Source: Dendrobates tinctorius | Lineage: Eukaryota | Direction: 5' to 3' | Assembly: GCF_039654945.1 (NCBI RefSeq) | Contig: NW_027361836.1 | Coordinates: 248,001 to 312,000 of the forward strand | DNA length: 64,000 nt | Shown: positions 48,308 through 61,359 of the stretch, in pieces | How the letters are laid out: the number at the start of each line of letters is the position of its first letter | How positions within the stretch are numbered: position 1 is the first letter of the stretch | Made by a program: the position numbers and the translations under genes | Notes under the pieces: model-generated | Databases searched by the model: none | What the model was told of the DNA's origin: nothing | Seen by the model: only the letters and a program-made list of their open reading frames with translations

Positions 48308-50390
48308 TCATTTGCTATTGGCTTGTTGGGTGATGAGGAGAACTTGATAGAGACCGTCATACAAGGGTTCTAGTCCGTGCTTCCTGACATGCCTCTTCAC
48401 GACTACCAAATCACCAGGCTTCAGGTTATGACAGGTGTCGGTTTCTGCTGAATCTAGAAGAGAAAAGGAAACTAGAACATAGGTGTTAGCAAGATTTTTA
48501 CTAAGCAGAATAACATATTGAACAGCATGGTCAGTTTCTTCTGATAACTGCTGGGGCTGGAAATTTGCAACTGGGGGCCTAGTACCAAACAATATCTCAT
48601 ATGGGGACAGGCCATATTTTGCAATAGGGGTAGTACGAATATTGTATAGTACATTGGGTAGGAGCTCTGGCCATGGAGCTGTAGTCTCCTGCATCTTTTT
48701 GGTCTATTGTCCCTTCAGTGTGCCGTTCAGCCTCTCAACTTCACCACTGGATTGTGGGTGGTGCGGAGTATGGAGGGCTACAGTGGATCCAAGCATTGTC
48801 AGAACTTCCTGGTACACATGAGAAGAAAAGGCCGGACCTTGACCACTTTGAACAATTTCTGGAACCCCATATCTGCATATAATTTCCATCACCAGTTTCT
48901 TCGCTGTGGTTTTTGCAGTCATGTTGGTAACAAGGAATGCTTCCAACTGGAGAACCGGGGCCCAGTAGAATTTTTGCACCAGTGCGAGGGCCTGATTCTT
49001 TCCTCGATGTGTAGGCCCATGTGCCCATATGGCAATAGCAGGGTACATCCGCTAGGGAGACACACAAGTTGGTCCTTTTTTCCAGAGACCATTATACATA
49101 CGTGCCCGTCAGTCTTCCATTGCTTCACCTCTTCCTTTGGAGACATTCTCTGCATCGTCATTAAGCGGTCTCGCATGGTCCGACAGAAAACTTCAGTCTG
49201 TTGTAGATCATCAGGTTCTTGTAGGGTCAGTGCTTCTTGTAACTGTTTACGCTGAGAGCGTGTGGTCACCATAGTTGGTAGAGTTGGTTCAACGGATAAA
49301 AGAGTGGCGGCTTTTGCTTGCATATCCGCAAATGTGTTGCCAACAGTCTGTGGACTGGTCCTAGGACCGTGCGCCTTAATTTTGATAATGGCCACCTGAG
49401 TAGGTAATTTGATTGAGTCCATGAGGGTTTTAACAGCTTCAGCATTTTTCACTGGGGTTCCGGCAGTAGTAATAAACCCTCGATTGGCCCATAGAGCCCC
49501 AAAATCGTGAGCAATACCAAATGCATTCGGTGAGTCCGTGTATATATTAGCCCGTCTGCTCTTGGCCAAAGTACATGCAGTAGACAGAGCCTGGAGTTCT
49601 GCTTCTTGTGCTGACTGTGAGGGCGGGAGTGCAGCTGCGTGCACTAGAGTGTCCTCTGTGGTAACAGCATATCCCGTGTGGAATCTACCAAACTCGTCAG
49701 CATATCTTGAACCATCCGTCAATAACACCAGATAAGGATTTGGGAGTGGATTCTCCACATTTGGTGGAGTAGCTGTTTCTTCAGTCACAAGTTGGGAACA
49801 GTCATGTTGGAGGTAATCCTCATCACTGCCATCTTTCCTTATAGTTCATTATACCGTCTTTCAAGGTGTTGTAAAGGGGTTGCATTATGCGGGATGCACC
49901 CGGTATCCACTGACAACAATAAGTACATAAGAAAACGCTGGAGTTCAGTTTCATCTTTTGGGAAAGGAAGGGAGCTGACAGCTATTTTTCTTTCTTCTGC
50001 GAGGTGTCTGGCACCCTGAAGGAGACAGTGACCCAAGAATATCTCTTGACCAAGGCAGAACTGAAGTCTCGAGGCCAAAACCCGACAGTTCAGTGCTGCC
50101 AGATTCTTAAGGAGGCTAACAATGGCAACAATGGCAAAAGACACCTGCTCATATTTTTTTTAAAACTGGTTGGGACTGTTTTGGGCCCCTTGTGGCATAA
50201 CTGTCCATATTAACTATCGTCCCTGCTAAGTGAATGCAAATAGAAACTGGCAGTCTGTGTGTAACGGAATGCTAAAGAAGGCATTGGTAAGATCAATAAC
50301 TGTAAGCCAAGCAGCATCCTGAGGTATTTGGGACAAAAGAGTATGAGGATTAGGCACCAGGTTTGAGAAACACTGGTTCTACTGGCATTT
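48308..50390 (-). pseudogene. pol: ERV pol remnants (RT fragments, RNase H, integrase), copy 1
   Basis: TVIDLTNAFFS; RNase H LTDGS, SAQEAEL, IYTDS, KIKAH; integrase PHHPQSSG.VERLNGTLK and GLSPYEILFG; deletions and frameshifts. Confidence 0.9.
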
Positions 50391-52049
50391 TCCCTATATC
50401 ATTTGGCCCTTTTGACCAGATTTTAGATAGTATCTCTGAGAGGTATGGGGTGAGTCATTGATCCTCAGGCAATATTGGGGGTGGATCTGGGCCTATCAGG
50501 GCCATCATAACTGTAGGAAGGGCATGCAAAATGCAGATTTATCTTCACTGTCTTCATCTACATAGGGATTATATAACAAAAAAAACCCATCTGACCATCA
50601 TCTTGGAATTGTATTCCGGAGCCTTACTGTGATAATGAATCTGCCCCTAGTAAACTTACAGGACATATGAGAGAGATTACAAACTGAGCAGTAACGAGAA
50701 TTAGCAGGGAGGGGCTGAGGAGCAAGATTCCAACTAGCTGAAGTCTGAGGGGGGGCAGAGTTTGCTGTGTGGGCTGAAGGGCACACTGTGTGCTCGCAGC
50801 TGCGGTGGGGGCTAGAAGCTGCTGTTTGCTCTTTTTTTTTTTTTCTCCTGAACAGAGCAGGTTAAAGTGTTCTGAAAACTTTTTTTTTTTCTCTGGAGCT
50901 GGTAAATGGAAGGGGTGGCTACTCAACCACTAGCAATGATAGGTGCCGTCAGCAGAGGTGGGGGCTGCGACTCTCGGTCTCCTTGTACAATTGTCATCTA
51001 GCAGGGAGACCTCTTCTTTCAAATCATCACTTTTAACTATTTCCCTTACACATTAATATCAATCTTTGTTCCTTCTTTAATCAATCACATTCTCATACCA
51101 CAGTCACTTTCTTGAACCATAAATCATCCCGTCCCTGTCATAAGACAATTTTTCCTTCTTCAACATAGCAGTAACAGAAACAATCAGAATTCACTTGCTG
51201 TTCAATGTCCACATAATCTTCATTATACAATTCATGTGCCAAGCCACGGAATTCCTCAGCGCCTTTAAGTAATCCATCATCAGTCAACCTTTTAACTCCT
51301 TCATCCCATAGCGTAGGCTGTAGCCTCCCGCCCTTAGGAAATCCCAGAATCGAAAATATTTTTCCTGCATTCCTGACACTTCTTTCCTCGTCTTTGAATC
51401 ATAAGACTAACAGTATCTGATCCTTCACACAATTCCAAACTTTTCTTTTTCTTCCACAAAAACATAATTCTCTCCTTTAGAGCTAAATATCCTTCAGTTG
51501 TGCACAATACTGGAGCAGCCGTCTCCGTTTGTTCCACAGGGTCAACCCACTCTGGGAAGCCCAAAATTCGCGGTACTCAGTGAAAGGAGGAGGGCGTCTC
51601 AGACTATCCCTCCGGACACCTCTGGTTATATATATCTTTCTATATATACCTGAGTTACGTATCCTACCCAGTCTTCGATCACATGACCACGCCTGATAAC
51701 TAACAATGACCAGGAATTCAGGATATGTTGACTATAAAGAGAGTCACAATCACTGGTCAATCCGGGGTGTCCGTCCCTTATGAGGTACGGTTCGAGCACT
51801 GGGCCCCCAACGGGACTGCACCTCTATATGATTCCACCCATGAATCACCCCACCAGGGGACAAACCTCAGATCCTCTTTGCAGCAACAAGCACAGGAAAA
51901 CCACACAAACGGTCAGTCTGAACAGTATAACTGCCAAATTACCGTGGTCGTGGGGGGGTGATCAGTCCCAATTTTCCAGCACCTGTGTCCGCTCTGAGGG
52001 TCCTTTGTCTTGTTGTCCTCCGGGGGCAGAGGCGTCCCTATTCAGGGGG

Positions 52050-52067
52050 GCCCCACGTTGGGCGCCA
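52050..52067 (-). other. Primer-binding site, tRNA-Lys
   Basis: TGGCGCCCAACGTGGGGC is complementary to the 3' end of tRNA-Lys1,2; the second copy at 56915-56932 has one mismatch. Confidence 0.9.
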
Positions 52068-52068
52068 C

Positions 52069-52554
52069 TGTCGAGGTAGTTATTTTGGGAGGGCTAAATT
52101 AACCCTTCACGGTTGAGCCAGTGATTTCCAAATTATTCCAGTGTTGCTAGCAACTCAAATGACCACACGGAGACTGGGGTCTCTGTACGGGAGGATCGAG
52201 GCAGATCACTAAGCCCCTTTATTTTAGTTACATCTTTTATAATCTTTTGCTTAATTATGCAAGGTTCTCAACTACCAATAGCATCATTTCACTTTATAAG
52301 CCAATAATATTGCAAGAAAACCGGAAACTACATATATGTCCGTATCCAAATAGAAAGTAGTATAATGGCATATTCTTCAGAGTTTAACATTCCCACCTCC
52401 CTTATCTTTGCACCTGATGAGAACAATCTGGTTTCATGACATCCCATGCCAATTATAAAAATTTATCTTACAGCAACAAAAACGGAGAAACGAAACCTTA
52501 CATTGAATGGATAAAACGAAACTTCAACTCTGATTTTAGTATTAACCCTTAACA
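52069..52554 (-). repeat. ERV shared middle LTR
   Basis: TGTTAAGGG...TCGACA; flanked by the PBS on one side and the PPT on the other. Confidence 0.95.
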
Positions 52555-52851
52555 TTCCCCCCTAGATAAATTTTTTTAACACATATGCAGCATCAGAGGT
52601 GCTATCCCAAGCTAACAGCTTGAGGGGTACTGGTCTTCACATGACTGATGCCGTGTTACCAGTCATGGCTGTCGCGGCGCACCCGTCCCCCCTGTATACT
52701 GCAGTTCACGAATAACAATTTTTGATGACGGTGGTGGGGATCTTTTGTAGGTAGCCATGTGCTTGGCTTCAACATCTTCATCAAGTAGCCTTTTGAGATC
52801 GGTGCAGAGAAGAGCAGGGGCAACGACGCCTTTGGTATCATCATTAGCTGT

Positions 52852-53147
52852 CTAAGTGCAGAATTTCCTAATAAATACAGAAATACACCAAAGAACAAGT
52901 TTTAGTATCACATATACAACAAGGATACAGGCAGCAATGTGTAACAAGCTTTGTAAGATCCCAGCTATCCAGCCCCCAATTCCCTTAAACCAATTGGCTG
53001 GATTGAGAAAGGAGAAAGTGTCTGACCACCAACTGTCCTTATTACGATCATTGTCTTTATCGTATTAATCTGAGTCATTGAATATCTTCTAACTTTAACT
53101 TTTATCTTCTACCAATAATAATAATAATATGAAAAATGCGGAAAACC
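52852..53147 (-). pseudogene. env: ERV env TM remnant, copy 2
   Basis: Near-identical to 47995-48290. Confidence 0.7.
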
Positions 53148-53164
53148 AAAACATTATGTCCCTT

Positions 53165-55250
53165 TCATTTGCTATTGGCTTGTTGGGTGATGAGGAGAAC
53201 TTGATAGAGACCGTCATACAAGTGTTCTAGTCCGTGCTTCCTGACATGCCTCTTCACGACTACCAAATCACCAGGCTTCAGGTTATGACAGGTGTCGGTT
53301 TCTGCTGAATCTAGAAGAGAAAAGGAAACTAGAACATAGGTGTTAGCAAGATTTTTACTAAGCAGAATAACATATTGAACAGCATGGTCAGTTTCTTCTG
53401 ATAACTGCTGGGGCTGGAAATTTGCAACTGGGGGCCTAGTACCAAACAATATCTCATATGGGGACAGGCTATATTTTGCAATAGGGGTAGTACGAATATG
53501 GTATAGTACATTGGGTAGGAGCTCTGGCCATGGAGCCGTAGTCTCCTGCATCTTTTTGGTCTATTGTCCCTTCAGTGTGCCATTCAGCCTCTCAACTTCA
53601 CCACTGGATTGTGGGTGGTGCGGAGTATGGAGGGCTACAGTTGATCCAAGCATTGTCAGAACTTCCTGGTACACATGAGAAGAAAAGGCCGGACCTTGAT
53701 CACTTTGAACAATTTCTGGAACCCCATATCTGCATATAATTTCCATCACCAGTTTCTTCGCTGTGGTTTTTGCAGTCATGTTGGTAACAAGGAATGCTTC
53801 CAACTGGAGAACCGGGGCCCAGTAGAATTTTTGCACCAATGCGAGGGCCTGATTCTTTCCTCGATGTGTAGGCCCATGTGCCCATATGGCAATAGCAGGG
53901 TACATCCGCTAGGGAGACACACAAGTTGGTCCTTTTTTCCAGAGACCATTATACATACGTGCCCATCAGTCTTCCATTGCTTCACCTCTTCCTTTGGAGA
54001 CATTCTCTGCATCGTCATTAAGCGGTCTCGCAGGGTCCGACAGAAAACTTCAGTCTGTTGTAGATCATCAGGTTCTTGTAGGGTCAGTGCTTCTTGTAAC
54101 TGTTTACGCTGAGAGCGTGTGGTCACCATAGTTGGTATAGTTGGTTCAACGGATAAAAGAGTGGCGGCTTTTGCTTGCATATCCGCAAATGTGTTGCCAA
54201 CAGTCTGTGGACTGGTCCTAGGACCGTGCGCCTTAATTTTGATAATGGCCACCTGAGTAGGTAATTTGATTGAGTCCATGAGGGTTTTAACAGCTTCAGC
54301 ATTTTTCACTGGGGTTCCGGCAGTAGTAATAAACCCTCGATTGGCCCATAGAGCCCCAAAATCGTGAGCAATACCAAATGCATTCGGTGAGTCCGTGTAT
54401 ATATTAGCCCGTCTGCTCTTGGCCAAAGTACATGCAGTAGACAGAGCCTGGAGTTCTGCTTCTTGTGCTGACTGTGAGGGCGGGAGTGCAGCTGCGTGCA
54501 CTAGAGTGTCCTCTGTGGTAACAGCATATCCCGTGTGGAATCTACCAAACTCGTCAGCATATCTTGAACCATCCGTCAATAACACCAGATAAGGATTTGG
54601 GAGTGTATTCTCCACATTTGGTGGAGTAGCTGTTTCTTCAGTCACAAGTTGGGAACAGTCATGTTGGAGGTAATCCTCATCACTGCCATCTTTCCTTATA
54701 GTTCATTATACAGTCTTTCAAGGCGTTGTAAAGGGGTTGCATTATGCGGGATGCACCCGGTATCCACTGACAACAATAAGTACATAAGAAAACGCTGGAG
54801 TTCAGTTTCATCTTTTGGGAAAGGAAGGGAGCTGACAGCTATTTTTCTTTCTTCTGCGAGGTGTCTGGCACCCTGAAGGAGACAGTGACCCAAGAATATC
54901 TCTTGACCAAGGCAGAACTGAAGTCTCGAGGCCAAAACCCGACAGTTCAGTGCTGCCAGATGCTTAAGGAGGCTAACAATGGCAACAATGGCAAAAGACA
55001 CCTGCTCATATTTTTTTTAAAACTGGTTGGGACTGTTTTGGGCCCCTTGTGGCATAACTGTCCATATTAACTATCGTCCCTGCTAAGTGAATGCAAATAG
55101 AAACTGGCAGTCTGTGTGTAACGGAATGCTAAAGAAGGCATTGGTAAGATCAATAACTGTAAGCCAAGCAGCATCCTGGGGTATTTGGGACAAAAGAGTA
55201 TGAGGATTAGGCACCAGGTTTGATAAACACTTACTGGTTCTACTGGCATT
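53165..55250 (-). pseudogene. pol: ERV pol remnants, copy 2
   Basis: Near-identical to copy 1, with the same deletions. Confidence 0.9.
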
Positions 55251-56933
55251 TTCCCTATATCATTTGGCCCTTTTGACCAGATTTTAGATAGTATCTCTGA
55301 GAGGTATGGGGTGAGTCATTGATCCTCAGGCAAAATTGGGGGTGGATCTGGGCCTATCAGGGCCATCATAACTGTAGGAAGGGCATGCAAAATACAGATT
55401 TATCTTCACTGTCTTCATCTACATAGGGATTATATAACAAAAAAAAACCATCTGACCATCATCTTGGAATTGTATTCCGGAGCGGAACTGTGATAATGAA
55501 TCTGCCCCTAGTAAACTTACAGGACATATGAGAGAGATTACAAACTGAGCAGTAACGAGAATTAGCAGGGAGGGGCTGAGGAGCAAGATTCCCACTAGCT
55601 GAAGTCTGAGGGGGGGCAGAGTTTGCTGTGTGGGCTGAAGGGCACACTGTGTGTTCGCAGCTGCGGTGGGGGCTAGAGGCTGCTGTTTGCTCTTTTTTTT
55701 TTTTTTCTCCTGAACAGAGCAGGTTAAAGTGTTCTGAAAACTTTTTTTTTTTTTTCTCTGGAGCTGGTAAATGGAAGGGGTGGCTACTCAACCACTAGCA
55801 ATGATAGGTGCCGTCAGCAGAGGTGGGGGCTGCGACTCTCGGTCTCCTTGTACAATTGTCATCTAGCAGGGAGACCTCTTCTTTCAAATCATCACTTTTA
55901 ACTATTTCCCTTACACATTAATATCAATCTTTGTTCCTTCTTTAATCAATCACATTCTCATACCACAGTCACTTTCTTGAACCATAAATCATCCCTTCCC
56001 TGTCATAAGACAATTTTTCCTTCTTCAACATAGCAGTAACAGAAACAATCAGAATTCACTTGCTGTTCAATGTCCACATAATCTTCATTATACAATTCAT
56101 GTGCCAAGCCACGGAATTCCTCAGCGCCTTTAAGTAATCCATCATCAGTCAACCTTTTAACTCCTTCATCCCATAGCGTAGGCTGTAGCCTCCCGCCCTT
56201 AGGAAATCCCAGAATCGAAAATATTTTTCCTGCATTCCTGACACTTCTTTCCTCGTCTTTGAATCATAAGACTAACAGTATCTGATCCTTCACACAATTC
56301 CAAACTTTTCTTTTTCTTCCACAAAAACATAATTCTCTCCTTTAGAGCTAAATATCCTTCAGTTGTGCACAATACTGGAGCAGCCGTCTCCGTTTGTTCC
56401 ACAGGGTCAACCCACTCTGAGAAGCCCAAAATTCGCGGTACTCAGTGAAAGGAGGAGAGCGTCTCAGACTATCCCTCCGGACACCTCTGGTTATATATAT
56501 CTTTCTATATATACCTGAGTTACGTATCCTACCCAGTCTTCGATCACATGACCACGCCTGATAACTAACAATGACCAGGAATTCAGGATATTTTGACTAT
56601 AAAGAGAGTCACAATCACTGGTCAATCCGGGGTGTCCGTCCCTTATGAGGTACGGTTCGAGCACTGGGCCCCCAATGGGACTGCACCTCTATATGATTCC
56701 ACCCATGAATCACCCCACCAGGGGACAAACCTCAGATCCTCTTTGCAGCAACAAGCACAGGAAAACCACACCAACGGTCAGTCTGAACAGTATAACTGCC
56801 AACTTACCGTGGTCGTGGGGGGGTGATCAGTCCCAATTTTCCAGCACCTGTGTCCGCTCTGAGGGTCCTTTGTCTTGTTGTCCTCCGGGGGCAGAGGCGT
56901 CCCTATTCAGGGGGGCCCCACGTTGGGTGCCAC

Positions 56934-57419
56934 TGTCGAGGTAGTTATTTTGGGAGGGCTAAATTAACCCTTCACGGTTGAGCCAGTGATTTCCAAATTA
57001 TTCCAGTGTTGCTAGCAACTCAAATGACCACACGGAGACTGGGGTCTCTGTACGGGAGGATCAAGGCAGATCACTAAGCCCCTTTATTTTAGTTACATCT
57101 TTTATAATCTTTTGCTTAATTATGCAAGGTTCTCAACTACCAATAGCATCATTTCACTTTATAAGCCAATAATATTGCAAGAAAACCGGAAACTACATAT
57201 ATGTCCGTATCCAAATAGAAAGTAGTATAATGGCATATTCTTCAGAGTTTAACATTCCCACCTCCCTTATCTTTGCACCTGATGAGAACAATCTGGTTTC
57301 ATGACATCCCATGCCAATTATAAAAATTTATCTTACAGCAACAAAAACAGAGAAACGAAACCTTACATTGAATGGATAAAACGAAACTTCAACTCTGATT
57401 TTAGTATTAACCCTTAACA
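56934..57419 (-). repeat. ERV 5' LTR
   Basis: Two substitutions seen relative to the middle LTR. Confidence 0.95.
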
Positions 57420-59136
57420 CACCAATGGGCAAAAATTTTTGCAGCTGGATCCAGGGCTGGATGAAGTAGGATCCAAGCAGAATCCAGACCCTAGTCACCA
57501 GACGTTAACCCCTTGGGGTGGAGGTAATCCTGATGAGGCCCAGATACCTGAGGCACACGTGGATTGTACTGTGCTATCAGGCAAGGAAGAGGAGTATGGT
57601 TATTCTCAGGATGAGGAATAGGAGAACAGAGAGGATGATGATTAGGTTGCAGATACCACTTGGATGTGAACCCAGAAGCACACAGCAGAGTAGCTCATCA
57701 GAGGAGGTATAGAAGGAAGTTAAGAAGGTTACATTGCAGCTTCCCACACAGATACGTCCCCCCATCATCCCTCTGCTCATCATACAGCACCACTATCCTA
57801 GACAAAGTAATAATAAAAGCATTAGTGGAAACGTGATGATTTACTAAACTGTGACCAAATTTTATCAACTTTGAGTATAAATGCTCATGAAAGTCTGAAT
57901 GTGGTACGTTTGTGCAGAATTTTCAATTGGAGAACATTTTCTAAACAGGTTCACTCATCTCTAATCAGGATCACCTCCACCCCCGTTGGTTAACCTCTGG
58001 TGACGAGGGTCAGGATTCTGCTTCTTCCCACAAGCAGTTGGTGTTTGCAATTTTGTGATGTAGGGGGAAAAAGGGTGATTGGGTTGCCACCTCTGAGGAT
58101 TGTACTGTGTGTGATGTTAAAGGTGAAGGAAGAGAAGGAAAGGCCACTTGATTAAGCTTTTGCCATCCACTGGAGCACATACTCTTTCTGAGCCTCATCT
58201 ACAACTGCTGTGTGTTTGGCAAAGAAAGGGAGTCGAGTAAGCTGGCCAGTAACTGATGTTGTCAGTGGTCTTTGAATATGACAAGATGGTATTTGTTCAA
58301 ATTGAGCTGTTTCACAACCTTATTCCCACCGCTGTCAGGCACCTGTCGCTAAATGAGCAATCACTATTTATTTTCTTAGATACTGTGCCTGAACAACACT
58401 GTTATACCTAACAATTTTTAAGTGGCCTTCTGAATGCCATGAAACACAGTTTCATCACAAATGATTTGTAGTAGCTAATTTGCCCTCATTGCTGCACCCC
58501 AATATTAGGCATAACGATTTTTAAGTGGAAATCTGGCCTTCTGATTTGCCACTGACACATAGTTTTATCAAACAATTTGGAGTAGCAAATGAGGCCTCTG
58601 GTGACTGCCACACAGTTTTTGCTTCTACTTCAATGCTGGAACGTCGATTTCAAATAGGACAGGATACTATCTATTTAACTGACAAGTTCACTTTCAGCAC
58701 CAGCATTAGCGCAGGAGCGACCTCTCTGCACTGTGACACTGAGACAATGGCACTAGCAAACAAGATGTTCTTTTTTATATAACCAGGGACATGTGAGTTT
58801 GGCAGCCAATCACAGAAGACCTTGTGTAATGACGTTGTGTATGATTTCTGCGCCCTGATTGTCTGCCGGAATCAACATGCATAAACTTAATGGAAGAAAA
58901 AAAAAGAGTCTGCCACTCCTCTAACCTCTTCACATGTTCATCTAACCTCTCCACACCCCTTCCCCTCATCAAACATATCCCCCTGTCCTACCTGGTCATC
59001 ATACAACACCACTATCCTAGATAAAGTAATAACTAAAGCATTAGTGGAAACGCGATGATTTACTGAACTGTGACCGAATTTTGCCGACTTTGAGTAAAAA
59101 TGCTCGCGAAAGCGAATATGAATCCCAATGTGCTAC

Positions 59137-60491
59137 TGTAGGGGGGTGCAGGCAGATGCTTTGGGCCCTGCATTCCTATGCATGCCTGCCTGGTGAAACC
59201 AGGTATAATGTGAATATATGGTTACTGCTTATACTGTTTGTTCCAGGGTCCAAACAAAGTGGGACTGGTTCCAGTCCTGACCAGGAATAGGTCAAATGTG
59301 GTTAAGTGGAACAATGGACTTTTATGTAAAACATGATGATGTTTTGCAGTTAAATATGCTTTAATAGCATGTGTCACATGATCTTGTACTGATGTGATGT
59401 TGCTATTGTATGTTGCTGGTACTGTATGGTCAGAGACAACCATGGTTTTAGGAGGGAGGTGTGTAGGGGGGTGTAGGCTGCTGCTTTGGGCCCTGCATTC
59501 CTATGCATGCCTGCCTGGTGAAACCGGGTACAATGTGAATATGTGGTTACTGTTTATACTGTGTAAAGTATATGTTTCTGAGTAGCAATATGTCACTGTA
59601 TATAACATAATGTGTCATGTGCTGATGTATTTAATATTATACTGTGCTAGGGATGAGAATAGGGACAGTTAATGACTCAAATGGGTTTAGCAGGAAACAT
59701 TGGTAATTGTTATGACAGTGTAGTTTCGGGTTAGTGCTAAGGGGGCGGCACTATAGAGGCAGAAATGGAGATTAAATTTAGATAAGATAGTGTTAGGCCA
59801 ATAGGAAGATAGTCTGTGAGGAGTTAGCTAGAGGTTAGGAAAAGTTCTCTAGGAGGTAGTTAGTTGTTGCAGAGAGTTGATCAGAGCAACAGTGCAGAGT
59901 TTGAGTTGTTGTTGAGGGAGAAGAGACAAGAAGAACTGGAAAGGAAAGTTCAGAAGAATGAAAGACTGTCGGGCACAAGTGGATCTAGGCAGCCTGGAAG
60001 GATCAGTGGCTAGACTGTGGGGTAACTTCCGTAACGTCCAGGACATACGGTCCGACCAGGATTTGCAGTGGCATCCTGAATTTTCTCCCAAGATCGGGAA
60101 AGTGGAAGGGAGCGCCTAGACTCAATTAGCTTGATTACCCAGGGAACTTGGGGACTGGATACCACATTACCGGAGATTGTGATGACAAAAAAGATGAGGG
60201 AGAGCTCAGGAGAAAACGACTGAAGACTGTTGGATTAAATTTGCTCTGAAGATGCATGAATCAAGTAAAGTTTTAGTAAAAATGAACTTGGACTTTGATA
60301 CCATTTGTGTGTGCATGCGACGGATTGGAGCTCTGCATGCTATGAAGAATTCTGACCCACAGGTGGGTGAACTGCATGACACACACAGTACTTCACAAAA
60401 TGGACACTTTATTTCTGTAGCGGAGCGTCGGGGTGTGATGAGGAAGCAACAGCAGACCCTCGGTACGACTACCACCCTGGCCCCCGTTACA
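59137..60491 (+). mobile_element. Internally deleted Gypsy-type LTR element (partial 5' LTR, PPT region, full 3' LTR)
   Basis: TGTAGGGGGG start repeated at 59137 and 59462, the second preceded by the purine tract AGGAGGGAGG; ends CCCCCGTTACA; 4-bp TSD CTAC at 59133-59136 and 60492-60495. Confidence 0.82.
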
Positions 60492-60555
60492 CTACGTTCA
60501 TGCCGAAATTGAAACAGGTGAACGTTTTCCCAACACATTTGCTCATCTCTAATTA

Positions 60556-60692
60556 TAATAAGGTTATTTTATTCACAATGGATTTTAACACCATACTAGC
60601 ATCTTTACCAAGTGAGAGTCTAATTTGTTTTTTTCACTTTATAAAGACATCGGTATGGTGTTGAAACGTGTTGTGGATAAAATAACCTTATT
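60556..60692. repeat. Short imperfect inverted repeat / hairpin
   Basis: AATAAGGTTATTTTATTCACAA...TTGTGGATAAAATAACCTTATT, with ~50-bp arms. Confidence 0.7.
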
Positions 60693-61359
60693 ACTATCAT
60701 CATTCAAGAATCAATTTACAGCACTGTTATGATCTTCAAATGTATTGGGCACCTGGAGGCTGTTAAACAATTCCAAGTCAGCATTAAAGAGGCTATTCCG
60801 GCAAAAGGAAAAGTTTCCCAGGTGCTTGGATCTGTAAAAAAATAAGATCACCTACCGGCACCCACTTGTATCTACCCCAGAGTGCTCCATGATCAGCACT
60901 ATCGCAAGAAGAGGAGATGTCATAGTTCCACCAGCAACAAGACTACTGCAGCCTGTGATTGACTGCAGTGGTCAGTTAAATCGACCAATGCATCATCAGA
61001 TGTTTTTCTGATAATTGACTTGACCGTTCAGTGACTAGATATGCTAGACACTTATCTTTTCTATAAGACACCACATTTTGTGCAATGTTAGGAAGCAATT
61101 AAGATGTCCTCTCTGTGGCATAAATATTAATGGTACTGTTGCAAACCATTAACAGCCATAAAGTTGTAACCTGGAGCAGATGGCAAACTTGAATTTTTTT
61201 TTTTTTAGTCCTTTTTTTGTTATTTCCTGAGTTTTTTCAAACTTTTTTTTTTACAGTGCTCAAGGCATGTTTTGTACTGGTGTAAGGAGGTGGAGATGTT
61301 GCCCATGTATCCCCTCCTCCACCTTAAAAAAAAAAATGTATTGCTGTAATACAATATGA

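Larger units (their letters stand above)
45604..57419 (-). mobile_element. Tandem endogenous retrovirus (LTR-int-LTR-int-LTR), class I/epsilon-like, internally deleted
   Basis: Three 486-bp LTRs; a single 4-bp TSD CACC at 45600-45603 and 57420-57423; tRNA-Lys PBS; PPT TAGGGGGGAA; gag, pol and env remnants in each unit. Confidence 0.93.
45246..57963 (+). mobile_element. Degraded TAG-ended hAT-like element (45246-45603 plus 57420-57963) split by the ERV
   Basis: Acidic coding-like remnant on both sides of the ERV; ends TTCACTCATCTCTA; an inverted paralogous segment lies at ~58050-58260. Confidence 0.45.

Noticed and set aside
52050-52067. tRNA gene
   Set aside because: Only the 18-nt complement of a tRNA-Lys 3' end (a retroviral PBS); no cloverleaf.
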